In this document: piece after piece, positions 34,344 to 43,579 of the stretch
How the letters are laid out: the number at the start of each line of letters is the position of its first letter
Position numbering within the stretch: the stretch's first letter is position 1
DNA from: Eubacteriales bacterium
GTDB taxonomy: Bacteria > Bacillota > Clostridia > Oscillospirales > CAG-272
Assembly (NCBI GenBank): GCA_045596505.1
Contig: JAZOCO010000005.1
Span: 1-54,185, forward strand
Direction: 5' to 3'
DNA length: 54,185 nt
Made by a program: the position numbers and the translations under genes
Notes under the pieces: model-generated
What the model saw: the letters and a program-made list of their open reading frames with translations, nothing else
What the model was told of the DNA's origin: nothing
Database searches by the model: none

Positions 34344-35993
34344 TTACCTTGCGCGCAGATCCTTTACAAAATCTGCCAGGTTTGTCTGAATAGCACTAAG
34401 GTTCTGGTTTACAACCGTGCTCCAAGGTGTACCGTCTATTGCGGCATACATAACCTGCGTATCCATCGAGAAGTAGCCGGAAGGATCAAGCACAAAGCCA
34501 AGCACACGACCAAGGTCAAACTCGATAGAGGAGCGAATGATCTCACACATATCTGCTTCGCACTGTGTGGGAGATGCCTTCAGCTTCATACCAAGCTCGA
34601 AGATAACGGGCGTGGTCTTGCGGAATCCCTCACTTGCCCAACACTCAAGCACAGCAGTAAACATAGTAAGGGTTGCTTCCTCATCTCCTCTTGTATCGAA
34701 ATCGTTGAAGATGGAGTACAGCGAGAACTCGTTACCAATGGAGGTGTAGTAGTTCTTCTGGTTTGTATCCCACTTCGGAGAAGGCAGAACACCGTAGGCA
34801 GGAACCTTAGCACTGTTCACAAGCGTGCTGCCTGCGTATGACATGTAATACATTGAGAAGAAGCACTTACCATTCGTAAAGGGCTTCATCATGCTGGTGC
34901 CGGTCTTATATCGGTTATGGTAATCATTCGAAGAAAGCAGACCGTTCAGCTTTGCGATCAGCTTAATGGTCTTAGAAGAAGACCAGTCGTCAGAGATCTT
35001 AAGGCCGGAGCCATCGGTAGTGGACTCGATCATACGAAGGTTACAACCACAGTATATCGGCACCATTTGGTAGTCAGAACCGGTAAAGCCGTACGTATCA
35101 TCACCCGTCAAGCCGTCACCGAGAGTGTCCTCATAAGCATCGGAGGAAAGACGAATGAAGTCATCAATGGTCCACTTGCCTGCATAAACCATCTCATAGA
35201 TCATATTAGAGGCAGTGTTGCCACCCTCGGGATTCTCCTTAGATACAGTCTCTGCGGTTTTCACGTGACCGTTTTTTGCAAAGTATTCCTCCGCCTCCCC
35301 CTGAAGCTTGGCGTTGACCAGCTTCTTGTTGAAGTAGATGTTTTGCATGTTATAGATGGTGCTGGTGGACATATCGCCGGAAACAAAGTAAAGGTTGCCG
35401 TCCATGGAAAGATTGTCGACGATATTAGAGGGCCACCAGGGCTTGCTGAGTTCAATGTAGCTGTTCTCGATACCGGAAAGATTCCACAAAAGATCATTGA
35501 TGACCATTTTGGCACCGGCACGTGCGTAGGCTGCGAGAAGATCGAAGTCGTGCGTGCCGCTATCCTTAGCGCGCTGCACACGAGCAACGTAGGTGTTTAT
35601 GTCACCGGAGTCGCCGGGCTCGGAAGAAAATACAAGCTCGACGTCAAGGCGATCCTGAATTGCCATATTGCGCTTGTAAATAGAAGAAAGGGCGTCGTCG
35701 TCCACCTCTTCGGTCTGCTCGAACTCTTTGGGTCCGCCGAGCCAATACAGCATCGAAATAGGCTGGTCATAATTAAGTTCCTCGTCGGGCAGGTTGTCGT
35801 ACACACGCCAAGTACCCCACTCGTCCTCTGCCCATCTTACGCCATTCTCATCAACTCTTACGTTGACATCATAGCCGCCCTGTTTCTTTTTCTTATTGTT
35901 GTTACAAGCAGAAACAGCCAACAAGCAGAACAAGCAGGCCAGCAAAAGGCAGATCACGCGTACAGTGTTTTTCATCGTTCTCTGCTCCCACAT
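34344..35993 (-). CDS. ABC transporter extracellular solute-binding lipoprotein (orphan; no permease genes adjacent)
   Basis: Lipobox LLAVSAC after a hydrophobic signal. About 545 aa, typical of large family-1 SBPs. GGAGGGAG RBS 9 nt before the ATG at 35993. Confidence 0.65.
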   Translation of the reverse strand: MWEQRTMKNTVRVICLLLACLFCLLAVSACNNNKKKKQGGYDVNVRVDENGVRWAEDEWGTWRVYDNLPDEELNYDQPISMLYWLGGPKEFEQTEEVDDDALSSIYKRNMAIQDRLDVELVFSSEPGDSGDINTYVARVQRAKDSGTHDFDLLAAYARAGAKMVINDLLWNLSGIENSYIELSKPWWPSNIVDNLSMDGNLYFVSGDMSTSTIYNMQNIYFNKKLVNAKLQGEAEEYFAKNGHVKTAETVSKENPEGGNTASNMIYEMVYAGKWTIDDFIRLSSDAYEDTLGDGLTGDDTYGFTGSDYQMVPIYCGCNLRMIESTTDGSGLKISDDWSSSKTIKLIAKLNGLLSSNDYHNRYKTGTSMMKPFTNGKCFFSMYYMSYAGSTLVNSAKVPAYGVLPSPKWDTNQKNYYTSIGNEFSLYSIFNDFDTRGDEEATLTMFTAVLECWASEGFRKTTPVIFELGMKLKASPTQCEADMCEIIRSSIEFDLGRVLGFVLDPSGYFSMDTQVMYAAIDGTPWSTVVNQNLSAIQTNLADFVKDLRAR

Positions 35994-36052
35994 ATGTGGG
36001 AACTCCCTCCTTTTTGGTTTTTTTAGAGTCTGGGTTAATAGAGTTCCTGTAA

Positions 36053-36081
36053 ATTATAACAAATTTTTCATTTGTTGTCAA
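36053..36081 (-). promoter_or_regulatory. Consensus sigma-A promoter of the SBP gene with a palindromic spacer
   Basis: Minus strand: TTGACA (36081-36076), 17-nt spacer, TATAAT (36058-36053). The spacer contains AACAAAT-N5-ATTTGTT. Confidence 0.6.
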
Positions 36082-36268
36082 GAGCATTTCGGCGAAAATA
36101 TCGAATTATTTTCTTCACACAACCGTCACATTAACCGCTGTTAAAGCGCTTGCGGTCTTTCGCTTCCCACAAATAATCCTACGCGCGCAGGCGCGCGTGT
36201 GGATGCGCGCGCCTGCGCCACGAAAGCTGTGCCATATATTGCATACATTGGATGTTTAAAAGTACGCC

Positions 36269-38098
36269 CTATACCAAGCGCACGCCGTAGCTCTCAAACC
36301 AAAAATCGAGCTGGCAAAGCCAGGCTATCAGCTGCGGACGCCCCATCAGCTGCCCGAACCACGTAACATTCTCCCCGCCAAGCAGGGCATCAAGGCGGCG
36401 CCTGTCGAGTACATCGTGCAAAAAGCCACTGTGCCTTTCCAGTCGCCGGGCAAGCATTTCGCGCACCAGCGTCTCATAACGCGGATTGTGTGTTTTGGGA
36501 TACGGACTTTTCTTTCGCCAGAGCACCTGCGGGGGCAGATACCCCTCCATTGCACGGCGCAGGAGAGACTTTTCCACGCCGTTTTCAAACTTGATATCCC
36601 ACGGCACGTTAAAGACATATTCAAGGATACGGTGATCGGCAAAGGGCACGCGCACCTCCACTGCTGCGTGCATGCTCATACGATCCTTGCGCTCCAAAAG
36701 ATTTGCCATAAAATAACGGGTAGAGAGCCAGGTGGCAAGCCGCGCCTGGCGGTCGCTTTCCCCCTCGCCCGCAAGCGTTGGGCAATCGGCAAGCGCCTCC
36801 TCATACGCGCAACACATAAACTCATACCCCTCCCGACGCTTTACAATGGCATCGTCAAAAAGCGCCGCACGCGCGTGCGGGTCGTGCAGCCAGGGGAAGA
36901 AATTGCGATATAGCATCTCGGGACGGTAAAACCACGGATATCCGCCAAAGATCTCATCAGAGCATTCTCCCGAAAGCACCACGGTGTGCCGTTTTTTGAT
37001 CTCGCCGCAATAATAGCAAAGCGAGGAGTCGATATCTGCCTGCCCCGGCAGGTCGCGTGCTGTAACCGCGGTGTAAAGATTTGCGGCAACAGCGGCAGTG
37101 GGGGCGGTCAGCACCGTGTGCGCGGTGCCAAGGTCGGCTGAAAGCGCCGTGGCAAAGGCGTCGTCGCCTGCGGGCTGAAACAGCGTGGGGGTAAAGCTCT
37201 CCTTGTTTCCCTCGTATTCAAAGGAATACGTGTCAAGCGTTTTACCCCGCGCGCCAAGCGCCCTTGCCGCAATGGCGGTGATGGCAGAGGAATCAAGCCC
37301 ACCCGACAGCAGCACGGCAAGCGGCACGTCACTTGAAAGCTGCCTTTCTACCGCATCAAAAAGCAGCTCGCGCACGCGCGCGACGGCGGTGGCGGCATCG
37401 TCATGGCAGGGGGCGGCTCTCAGCTCCCAATACGGCTTTTCGACAAACCCCTCGCGCGAAAGCGTGGCACAGTGCGCGGGCAGGATAGACCTGATATGGC
37501 GAAAAACGCTTTGCTCCCTCAGGGTAACGGGTGCGAGATACAGCAGCTGCCAAAGCCCCTTGCTATCCACCTCGGGCGGGATCTCCCTGTGTGTCAGCAG
37601 TGCCTTTATTTCAGAGGCAAAATAAAACTTACTTCCCACACGTGCATAAAAAAGCGGCTTCACACCAAAGCGATCACGTGCAAAAAACACCGTGCCGTCG
37701 GTCTCATTGTGCACGGCAAAGGCAAAGATCCCATTCAGGCGCGTGGGCGCAGCCTCCCCCCACACGATATACGCCCAAAGCACCGTTTCGGTATCGCATT
37801 CGGTAAAAAACACCGCGCCCTCGGCTTTTAGCTCGCGGCGCAGCTCTGCCGAATTATAGATCTCGCCATTATATACAATGGTATAGCGTTTGCGCCGAAA
37901 TGTGGCGCTCATCGGCTGCTTGCCACCGGCGGGGTCCATCACCGCCAGGCGGTTGTGATAAAAGCAAACGCCGCCAAAATCGTGCATGCCGCTTGCATCG
38001 GGGCCACGGTGGGCAAGGCTTTTACCCGCCACAGCCACCGCCGCACGCAAAGCCCCCTTGGGGTCTTCAAAATCAATACATCCGTTGATAGAACACAT
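36269..38098 (-). CDS. asnB: Asparagine synthase (glutamine-hydrolysing)
   Basis: Starts MC(S)I with Cys2 as the Ntn nucleophile. SGGLDSS PP-loop motif. About 609 aa. Confidence 0.9.
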   Translation of the reverse strand: MCSINGCIDFEDPKGALRAAVAVAGKSLAHRGPDASGMHDFGGVCFYHNRLAVMDPAGGKQPMSATFRRKRYTIVYNGEIYNSAELRRELKAEGAVFFTECDTETVLWAYIVWGEAAPTRLNGIFAFAVHNETDGTVFFARDRFGVKPLFYARVGSKFYFASEIKALLTHREIPPEVDSKGLWQLLYLAPVTLREQSVFRHIRSILPAHCATLSREGFVEKPYWELRAAPCHDDAATAVARVRELLFDAVERQLSSDVPLAVLLSGGLDSSAITAIAARALGARGKTLDTYSFEYEGNKESFTPTLFQPAGDDAFATALSADLGTAHTVLTAPTAAVAANLYTAVTARDLPGQADIDSSLCYYCGEIKKRHTVVLSGECSDEIFGGYPWFYRPEMLYRNFFPWLHDPHARAALFDDAIVKRREGYEFMCCAYEEALADCPTLAGEGESDRQARLATWLSTRYFMANLLERKDRMSMHAAVEVRVPFADHRILEYVFNVPWDIKFENGVEKSLLRRAMEGYLPPQVLWRKKSPYPKTHNPRYETLVREMLARRLERHSGFLHDVLDRRRLDALLGGENVTWFGQLMGRPQLIAWLCQLDFWFESYGVRLV

Positions 38099-38249
38099 AA
38101 TTCTCACCTCGCTTACAGCCTATGAGCCGACCGCCCACTCGGTGCATATGATGAAAAGGGGGAGCAACGGTTCTTACATTTTTCAACACGAGGAGATATG
38201 CTATGAAGATCGTACTGATGAAATCGCCCGCTGTGCTGGCACCTATACT

Positions 38250-38534
38250 TCGAAGGATCTTTCACATTCGGAAACGATAAAAGTGCAAAAGGGGCTGTCG
38301 CAAGTGAAAATTTACGACAGCCCCCTATTCTATTCTTTGTATCATCTTAAGCACCATGTTCGCACCAACCCTTTACTTTTTACGGGTCATCCTGAGCGAG
38401 CCAACAAAGGCGAGTCGAAGGATGACCCAAAAGTGTGCGTTTTCAGCGGTGAATAAGCAAGGATAGAGCCGAATGACAAACCCGCGTTATCTAAGCCAAG
38501 GGGCTGTCGCAAATGAAAATTTGCTTCAGCCCCC
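38250..38534. repeat. Mosaic repeat locus C: self-closing GGGTCATCCTGAG..AGGATGACCC hairpin flanked by two direct copies of a terminator hairpin
   Basis: Hairpins at 38291-38324 and 38500-38533 are near-identical. Arm at 38384-38428. A CGAAGGATCT fragment lies at about 38255. Confidence 0.8.
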
Positions 38535-38550
38535 GTATTTTTGCAAACGT

Positions 38551-39171
38551 TTATTTGCTCTCAATTAAATATATCGCGCCGCGCCGCACCTCAACCAAAG
38601 CGCAGTTCCCCGTGATCTCGTTGCTGACGGCATACTGATCCTCCCGCCTGAGGGTTGCGTTTTTCAGAGGATACTTGCACCCCTGCACCGTCACACCCTT
38701 TACCCTTTCGCTTGCCGCGATAAGGGAAAGATAGGTGTAGGTGCTGCGCGCGATCAGCGCTCCTGTGTTTTTTAAAAAGCGTGCGCGGTTGAAGCCGTCC
38801 GTGATCACGGCGTGTGCGCCGTGCACCGCAAGATATTCAAGCACGCCGAGATTAGAAAGCGTGTGATCGAGCCTGCCCGAAAGCCCGCCTATAATGAAGA
38901 TGTCGTCAGCGCCGCGGGAAAGCGCAAGCTGCACGGCAAGCTGTGTGTCGGTTTGGTCCTTTTCGGGCGGCACGCGCAGGATCTCCTCGGCATCGGGCAA
39001 GCCCTTACTGCCAATGGAATCAAAATCCCCCAGCAGCACCCTTGGCGTAACGCCAAGGAGTGCGGCGTTGTGCCAACCGCCGTCAGCGGCAACCGTAAGA
39101 TCCTCCTTTGCGGGGCGCTCGGTGATGGCAGCGGGGTCGATCTCGCCACCCACGTATATGTATGCACGCAT
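38551..39171 (-). CDS. thiN: Thiamine diphosphokinase
   Basis: 206 aa. VAADGG and LLGDFDS motifs of TPK. Confidence 0.85.
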   Translation of the reverse strand: MRAYIYVGGEIDPAAITERPAKEDLTVAADGGWHNAALLGVTPRVLLGDFDSIGSKGLPDAEEILRVPPEKDQTDTQLAVQLALSRGADDIFIIGGLSGRLDHTLSNLGVLEYLAVHGAHAVITDGFNRARFLKNTGALIARSTYTYLSLIAASERVKGVTVQGCKYPLKNATLRREDQYAVSNEITGNCALVEVRRGAIYLIESK

Positions 39172-40136
39172 TATTTTTTACTCCAATCCTTTTTATCCTT
39201 CAGCTCCTCGTACATCGCAACAAAGCCCGCGTGGCGCGAGGGGGAGATCTTACCCTCCCGAAGCGCCCCTAAAATAGCGCAGCCCTCCTCCTTTGTGTGC
39301 GTGCATTTGGTATAACGGCAAGCACCGATGTACGGCTCAAACTCGCGCATCACAAAAGGGAGGTCCTCCTTACCGAAGAAATCAAAGCGCACAAAATCCA
39401 GCATACTAAAGCCGGGCGTGTCTGCAATATATCCCTCGCCCACGGGATACAGCTCCACGCGTCTTGTGGTATGCTTGCCACGCGAGATCCTTTGGCTGAT
39501 CTCACCCGTTTGCAGCCCGAGATCAGGGTAAAGCGCGTTCATAAGGGTGGATTTTCCCACCCCCGATGCCCCCGAAAAGGCGGCAATACGGGTGCCAAGA
39601 TTTGCACCGATCCAGTCGCGCAGCACCGCAACGCCCTCGCCGACAACAGAGGACACCGTAAAGACCGTAAAGCCGACGTTTTGGTAGATCTCCCGAAGCT
39701 CGGCGGCGCGCGCGGGTGCTATGTCGCACTTGCAGATCACGGGCACAGGCTCAATGCCGTTATACTCAGCTATGGCGATCAGCTTGTCCACCGTTTCCGT
39801 CACGGGATCGGGCCTTGCGGCGGCAAGCGTGATGAAAAGGACACCGAGATTTGCCATAGGCGGGCGAATGAGGGCGTTAGCACGGGGCAGGATCTCTCTG
39901 ATCACCACACCGCCCCCGTCACCCACAGCACCCGTCGTATAATGTGTCACTGCCGTATCGTCGTAAAGAACACGCACACGGTCGCCCACCAAGGGGGTCA
40001 GGCCCGCATGACGGAAATTGCCCTTGGCACGCGACGTAACGGTCTTATCGGAAAGCGGCGTGCTTCCCTTATCAAGGCGTATTTCATAAAGTCCGCCGAC
40101 ACCGCGAACAAGGCGGCCGTTCTCTTCGTATTGCAT
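39171..40136 (-). CDS. rsgA: Ribosome small-subunit-dependent GTPase A
   Basis: OB-fold N-terminus, circularly permuted GTPase (ICKCD, GASGVGKSTLMNAL) and C-terminal zinc motif CRYTKCTHTKEEGC. Confidence 0.9.
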   Translation of the reverse strand: MQYEENGRLVRGVGGLYEIRLDKGSTPLSDKTVTSRAKGNFRHAGLTPLVGDRVRVLYDDTAVTHYTTGAVGDGGGVVIREILPRANALIRPPMANLGVLFITLAAARPDPVTETVDKLIAIAEYNGIEPVPVICKCDIAPARAAELREIYQNVGFTVFTVSSVVGEGVAVLRDWIGANLGTRIAAFSGASGVGKSTLMNALYPDLGLQTGEISQRISRGKHTTRRVELYPVGEGYIADTPGFSMLDFVRFDFFGKEDLPFVMREFEPYIGACRYTKCTHTKEEGCAILGALREGKISPSRHAGFVAMYEELKDKKDWSKK

Positions 40137-40229
40137 ACCGTTTCCTTTCTAAAAACTTTGCAGGAGTGTCAAGTGCCCCAAGAACCAAAAGGCAAGGCTT
40201 TAGGGCGGGTTCGGAGTATTCACTCTTGC

Positions 40230-40379
40230 CTAAAAAATAAATGCAAGCACGCTGCCAAGCAGTCCCATGGCAAAAAGTGCCATCACGATCACGAAAAACA
40301 GCAAGAAAAGCGCCAGCAAATTGGCGATCAGCAGCTGCTTTACAGTTGCCCGTCCACGCTTTTTGCTTCGTTTCTCCAA
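40230..40379 (-). CDS. Candidate unannotated 49-aa membrane peptide (TTG start)
   Basis: Below the ORF-track size cutoff. GAGGTGG RBS 6-7 nt before the TTG. Basic N-terminus (EKRSKKRGR), then one long hydrophobic helix. Fills the rlmN-rsgA gap. Confidence 0.35.
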   Translation of the reverse strand: MEKRSKKRGRATVKQLLIANLLALFLLFFVIVMALFAMGLLGSVLAFIF

Positions 40380-40433
40380 GGCAAACACCACCTCTTTTTA
40401 AAGTGGATATATTTTACCCCGTTTTGCAGTATT

Positions 40434-41507
40434 TTATTGATTTTCGTGTTCCTTAACGTCGGCACGGCGCAGCTGACCGCACGAGGCGTTGATATCAGCC
40501 CCCAGCTTTCGGCGCACGGTTGCCCTGATACCGTTTTCCTCAAGCACCGCGCAAAAGTGCGACACCGCCTGCTTACCCGCACGCCGAAAGCCCGTTTCCT
40601 CCACCTCATTGACGGGGATCAGGTTCACGTGTATGGGCATCGTGTCCGTGCGCGAGCGCAGGCTGCGATTTAAAAGGAGCGCGAGGCGCTTTGCCGCCTC
40701 GGGCGCATCGTTTTTGCCCGAAATGAGCGTATATTCAAAGGAGATGCGCCTGCCTGTTTTTTGGTAATAGCGGCGGCAGGCATCCAGTAAGGAAGCAATG
40801 TTGTAGCGGCGGTTGATGGGCATAATAGCGGTGCGCGTTTCATCATCCGCCGCGTGAAGCGAGATAGAGAGCGTGATGGGAAGCGAAAGCTCCGCTAACC
40901 GATCGATCTTCTCGACCAGTCCACAGGTGGAAAGCGAAATGTGGCGGTAGCCGATATTTTGCCCCTCGGGGTGGTTGACCAGATGCAAAAACCGCACCAC
41001 GTTATCAAAATTATCAAGCGGCTCGCCGATACCCATCATCACGATGCCGCCAATGCGCTCACCGCTGTCCTTGGCGGCGGCGATCACCTGCCCCACAAGC
41101 TCCCCCGCAGTGAGATTTCGCACGCGTCCGCCAATGGTGGACGCGCAAAATTTGCAACCCATCGCGCACCCGACCTGTGAGGAGATGCAAATGGTGGTGC
41201 CGTGCTCGTAATGCATCAGTACGCTCTCCACGCAGTGCCCGTCCGAGAGCTCAAACAAATATTTTATCGTACCGTCAAGTGCCGAGACCAGCTTTTTGCG
41301 CACAGCGGGCAACCGGTAAAAGGCAACCTCGCCAAGGCGCTCCTTGGTTACCCTACCGATATTGGTCATATCCTCCGGGGCTGTGCCGCGATGCAGCTGG
41401 GTAAAGATCTGTGTGGCGCGGTAGCGCGGCTCGCCAAGCGACGTGAGCAGCGCCTCAAGCTCTCCTTTCTCAAGCGAGAGCAGCTCCTTTTTTTCGTTAT
41501 CTTCCAT
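40434..41507 (-). CDS. rlmN: 23S rRNA/tRNA (adenine-C2)-methyltransferase RlmN (radical SAM)
   Basis: CAMGCKFCAS radical-SAM cluster motif. RATQIF N-terminus. 357 aa. Confidence 0.9.
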   Translation of the reverse strand: MEDNEKKELLSLEKGELEALLTSLGEPRYRATQIFTQLHRGTAPEDMTNIGRVTKERLGEVAFYRLPAVRKKLVSALDGTIKYLFELSDGHCVESVLMHYEHGTTICISSQVGCAMGCKFCASTIGGRVRNLTAGELVGQVIAAAKDSGERIGGIVMMGIGEPLDNFDNVVRFLHLVNHPEGQNIGYRHISLSTCGLVEKIDRLAELSLPITLSISLHAADDETRTAIMPINRRYNIASLLDACRRYYQKTGRRISFEYTLISGKNDAPEAAKRLALLLNRSLRSRTDTMPIHVNLIPVNEVEETGFRRAGKQAVSHFCAVLEENGIRATVRRKLGADINASCGQLRRADVKEHENQ

Positions 41508-41516
41508 ATGTAGTCC

Positions 41517-42839
41517 TTAATTCTTTTTTTGCAGCCTTGCAATGAAAAATCCGTCCGTTCCGTGCGTGTCGGGTGCAAGTGAGAGCATTCCCTCACAGGA
41601 GAGCTCACCCACCGAAAAGGGGGTGAGGGTAAATTCGGGGTGCTTTTTCAAAAACGCCGCCACCTGCCCCTCGTTTTCGGCAGGCAAAATGGTGCAAGTG
41701 GAATAGACAAGCACGCCACCCACCTTCACCAAATTCGCAGCCGATTCCAAAATTGCCGCCTGCACGGGCACAAGCCCTGCCGCCTCGGTAATGCTTTTAT
41801 AGCGAATATCGGGCTTTTTGGCAAGCACGCCGAAGCCCGAGCAGGGCACGTCGCAGATCACGCGGTCAAAGGTGCCGAGCACGGAAGCATCCGCCACGCG
41901 CGCGTCACCCGCAGCGACGGTCAGATTGGTAATGCCAAGCGTTTCCCCGCCGCGACGAATGAGAGAGAGCTTGTTTTCGTGCAGATCAAAGCTCCTCACC
42001 TCTCCCGTATTTTCCATATCTATGGCGGCGCCAAAGGATTTTGAGCCGGGTGCGGCACAAAGATCGATGACGCGCATCAAGGGCACCGCCCCCAGTGCCG
42101 CGACTGCCAGCTGTGACGCCTCGTCCTGTACGAAGCAAAGCCCCTCAAGGAGCAGCTCGCGCAGGGGCGCGTCATTTGGCAAAACGACCCCAAACGGGGC
42201 GTTTTTTGTGGGTGTTGCGCCGGGAACGCGCGCCAAAAACGCCTCGCGCGTGATGCGTAGCGTATTGATCCGCACCGTGACGGGTGGATGCTTTTCAAAG
42301 GCACACAGCAAGCGCTCGGTGCGCGCGGCGCCGAAAATGCGGCAAAGCTCCGCCACGGTCGGCTGGGGGATCGAATATACGACCGAGAGATATGCGTGCG
42401 GCTCACGCGCGGGGTCGGGATACGCCACCGCCTTGCCCTTTCGGCAAAAGGTGCGCAGCACGGCGTTTACAAACCCCTTGCTGCGGCGGGGCGCTTGCTC
42501 CACCGCCTCGTTGATGGCAGCGTGATCGGGCACACGGTCAAGATACAGCAGCTGGTAAAGCGCCACACGAAGCGTTGTGCGGACCCCGCGCTCGATCGCT
42601 GACGGTGCGATGCCCGAAAGACTGTCAATGATATAGTCAAGCGTGATGCGGCGCTCGATGACACCGTAAAAAAGGGTGGTGACAAGCGCCCTGTCCCTCT
42701 CGGAGAGTGCTGTGCGGGACAGCGCCGCGTCAAGCGCACGGTCAGCGTACTGCCCCGCTGCCTCGGCACGCAGCAAAAGCTCCGCTGCCACGGCACGTGC
42801 CGTTTGCCGCCCGCGGGCGGTGGTTCCTCCTGCCGCCAT
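41517..42839 (-). CDS. rsmB: 16S rRNA (cytosine967-C5)-methyltransferase
   Basis: NusB-like N-domain plus a Nol1/Nop2/Sun domain (DLCAAPGSKS, DVPCSG, YSTCT). Confidence 0.9.
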   Translation of the reverse strand: MAAGGTTARGRQTARAVAAELLLRAEAAGQYADRALDAALSRTALSERDRALVTTLFYGVIERRITLDYIIDSLSGIAPSAIERGVRTTLRVALYQLLYLDRVPDHAAINEAVEQAPRRSKGFVNAVLRTFCRKGKAVAYPDPAREPHAYLSVVYSIPQPTVAELCRIFGAARTERLLCAFEKHPPVTVRINTLRITREAFLARVPGATPTKNAPFGVVLPNDAPLRELLLEGLCFVQDEASQLAVAALGAVPLMRVIDLCAAPGSKSFGAAIDMENTGEVRSFDLHENKLSLIRRGGETLGITNLTVAAGDARVADASVLGTFDRVICDVPCSGFGVLAKKPDIRYKSITEAAGLVPVQAAILESAANLVKVGGVLVYSTCTILPAENEGQVAAFLKKHPEFTLTPFSVGELSCEGMLSLAPDTHGTDGFFIARLQKKN

Positions 42840-43555
42840 CAGCGGCGACGGGAATGACTACCCGCGATAACAAGCAAACGAAGCACACTGAGAAGCCCCA
42901 CGGCAAGTGCCGCCACGTAGGTCATAGCTGCAGCCGTCAGCACCTGACGCGAGCCCTTCAGCTCTGCCTCGTTCATCGTACCCGAATGGGCAAGACAGCG
43001 CATGGCACGGCGGCTGGCATTGAATTCAACGGGAAGCGTCACCAGCTGAAAGACAATGGCAAGCGAATACGCCGCAACACCGACCAGCATCAGCCACTCA
43101 CCCGTAAGAGGCGCCATATAAGAGATAAGCAGCCCTATCAAAAACAAAGGCATTGCGAGATTTGACCCGATATTACAAACGGGCAGGATGGCAGAACGGA
43201 TCCGCATTGGCACGTATTCCTTGCCGTGCTGCAGGGCGTGTCCCGCCTCGTGCGCGGCAACGCCCACGGCGGCAACGTTGTTGCCGTGGTAAACGGCATC
43301 GGAAAGCCGCAGCACGCGTGTGCGCGGATCATAGTGGTCAGTCAGATTCCCCGCCACCCTTTCGATCGTTACGTCAGATAACCCATTGCTGTCAAGAATA
43401 CGCCGTGCGACCGCGCTGCCCGTCATACCGGGGCGAAGCAGCTGTGCCGATCCCTTTTGATATGACGACCTTACCTTATACTGCGCCCAAGCGGCAAAGA
43501 TAAAGCCGGGCAATACGATCAGTAGCGTCCAGTCCCACCAGAAAAATCCAAACAT
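42839..43555 (-). CDS. Zinc metallopeptidase (YugP-like membrane protease)
   Basis: HEAGHALQH zinc motif. TM helices at both ends. 238 aa. Confidence 0.8.
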   Translation of the reverse strand: MFGFFWWDWTLLIVLPGFIFAAWAQYKVRSSYQKGSAQLLRPGMTGSAVARRILDSNGLSDVTIERVAGNLTDHYDPRTRVLRLSDAVYHGNNVAAVGVAAHEAGHALQHGKEYVPMRIRSAILPVCNIGSNLAMPLFLIGLLISYMAPLTGEWLMLVGVAAYSLAIVFQLVTLPVEFNASRRAMRCLAHSGTMNEAELKGSRQVLTAAAMTYVAALAVGLLSVLRLLVIAGSHSRRR

Positions 43556-43579
43556 AAAAACTTCCCCTCACTCGTTTCG

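Noticed and set aside
34917-36026. 369-aa plus-strand ORF
   Set aside because: It is antisense to the lipoprotein SBP gene. It has no RBS and runs through the SBP promoter.
38108-38290. T-box or other riboswitch leader upstream of asnB
   Set aside because: I looked on the minus strand for the GGTGGTACCGCG T-box core and for a terminator/antiterminator pair. I found neither, and part of the region belongs to the repeat family.
39297-40673. 458-aa plus-strand ORF spanning rsgA and rlmN
   Set aside because: It lies entirely antisense to two well-supported minus-strand genes. Its composition is Arg/His/Gly/Ala-rich, as expected for the reverse frame of GC-rich coding DNA. It has no RBS and no recognisable motifs.
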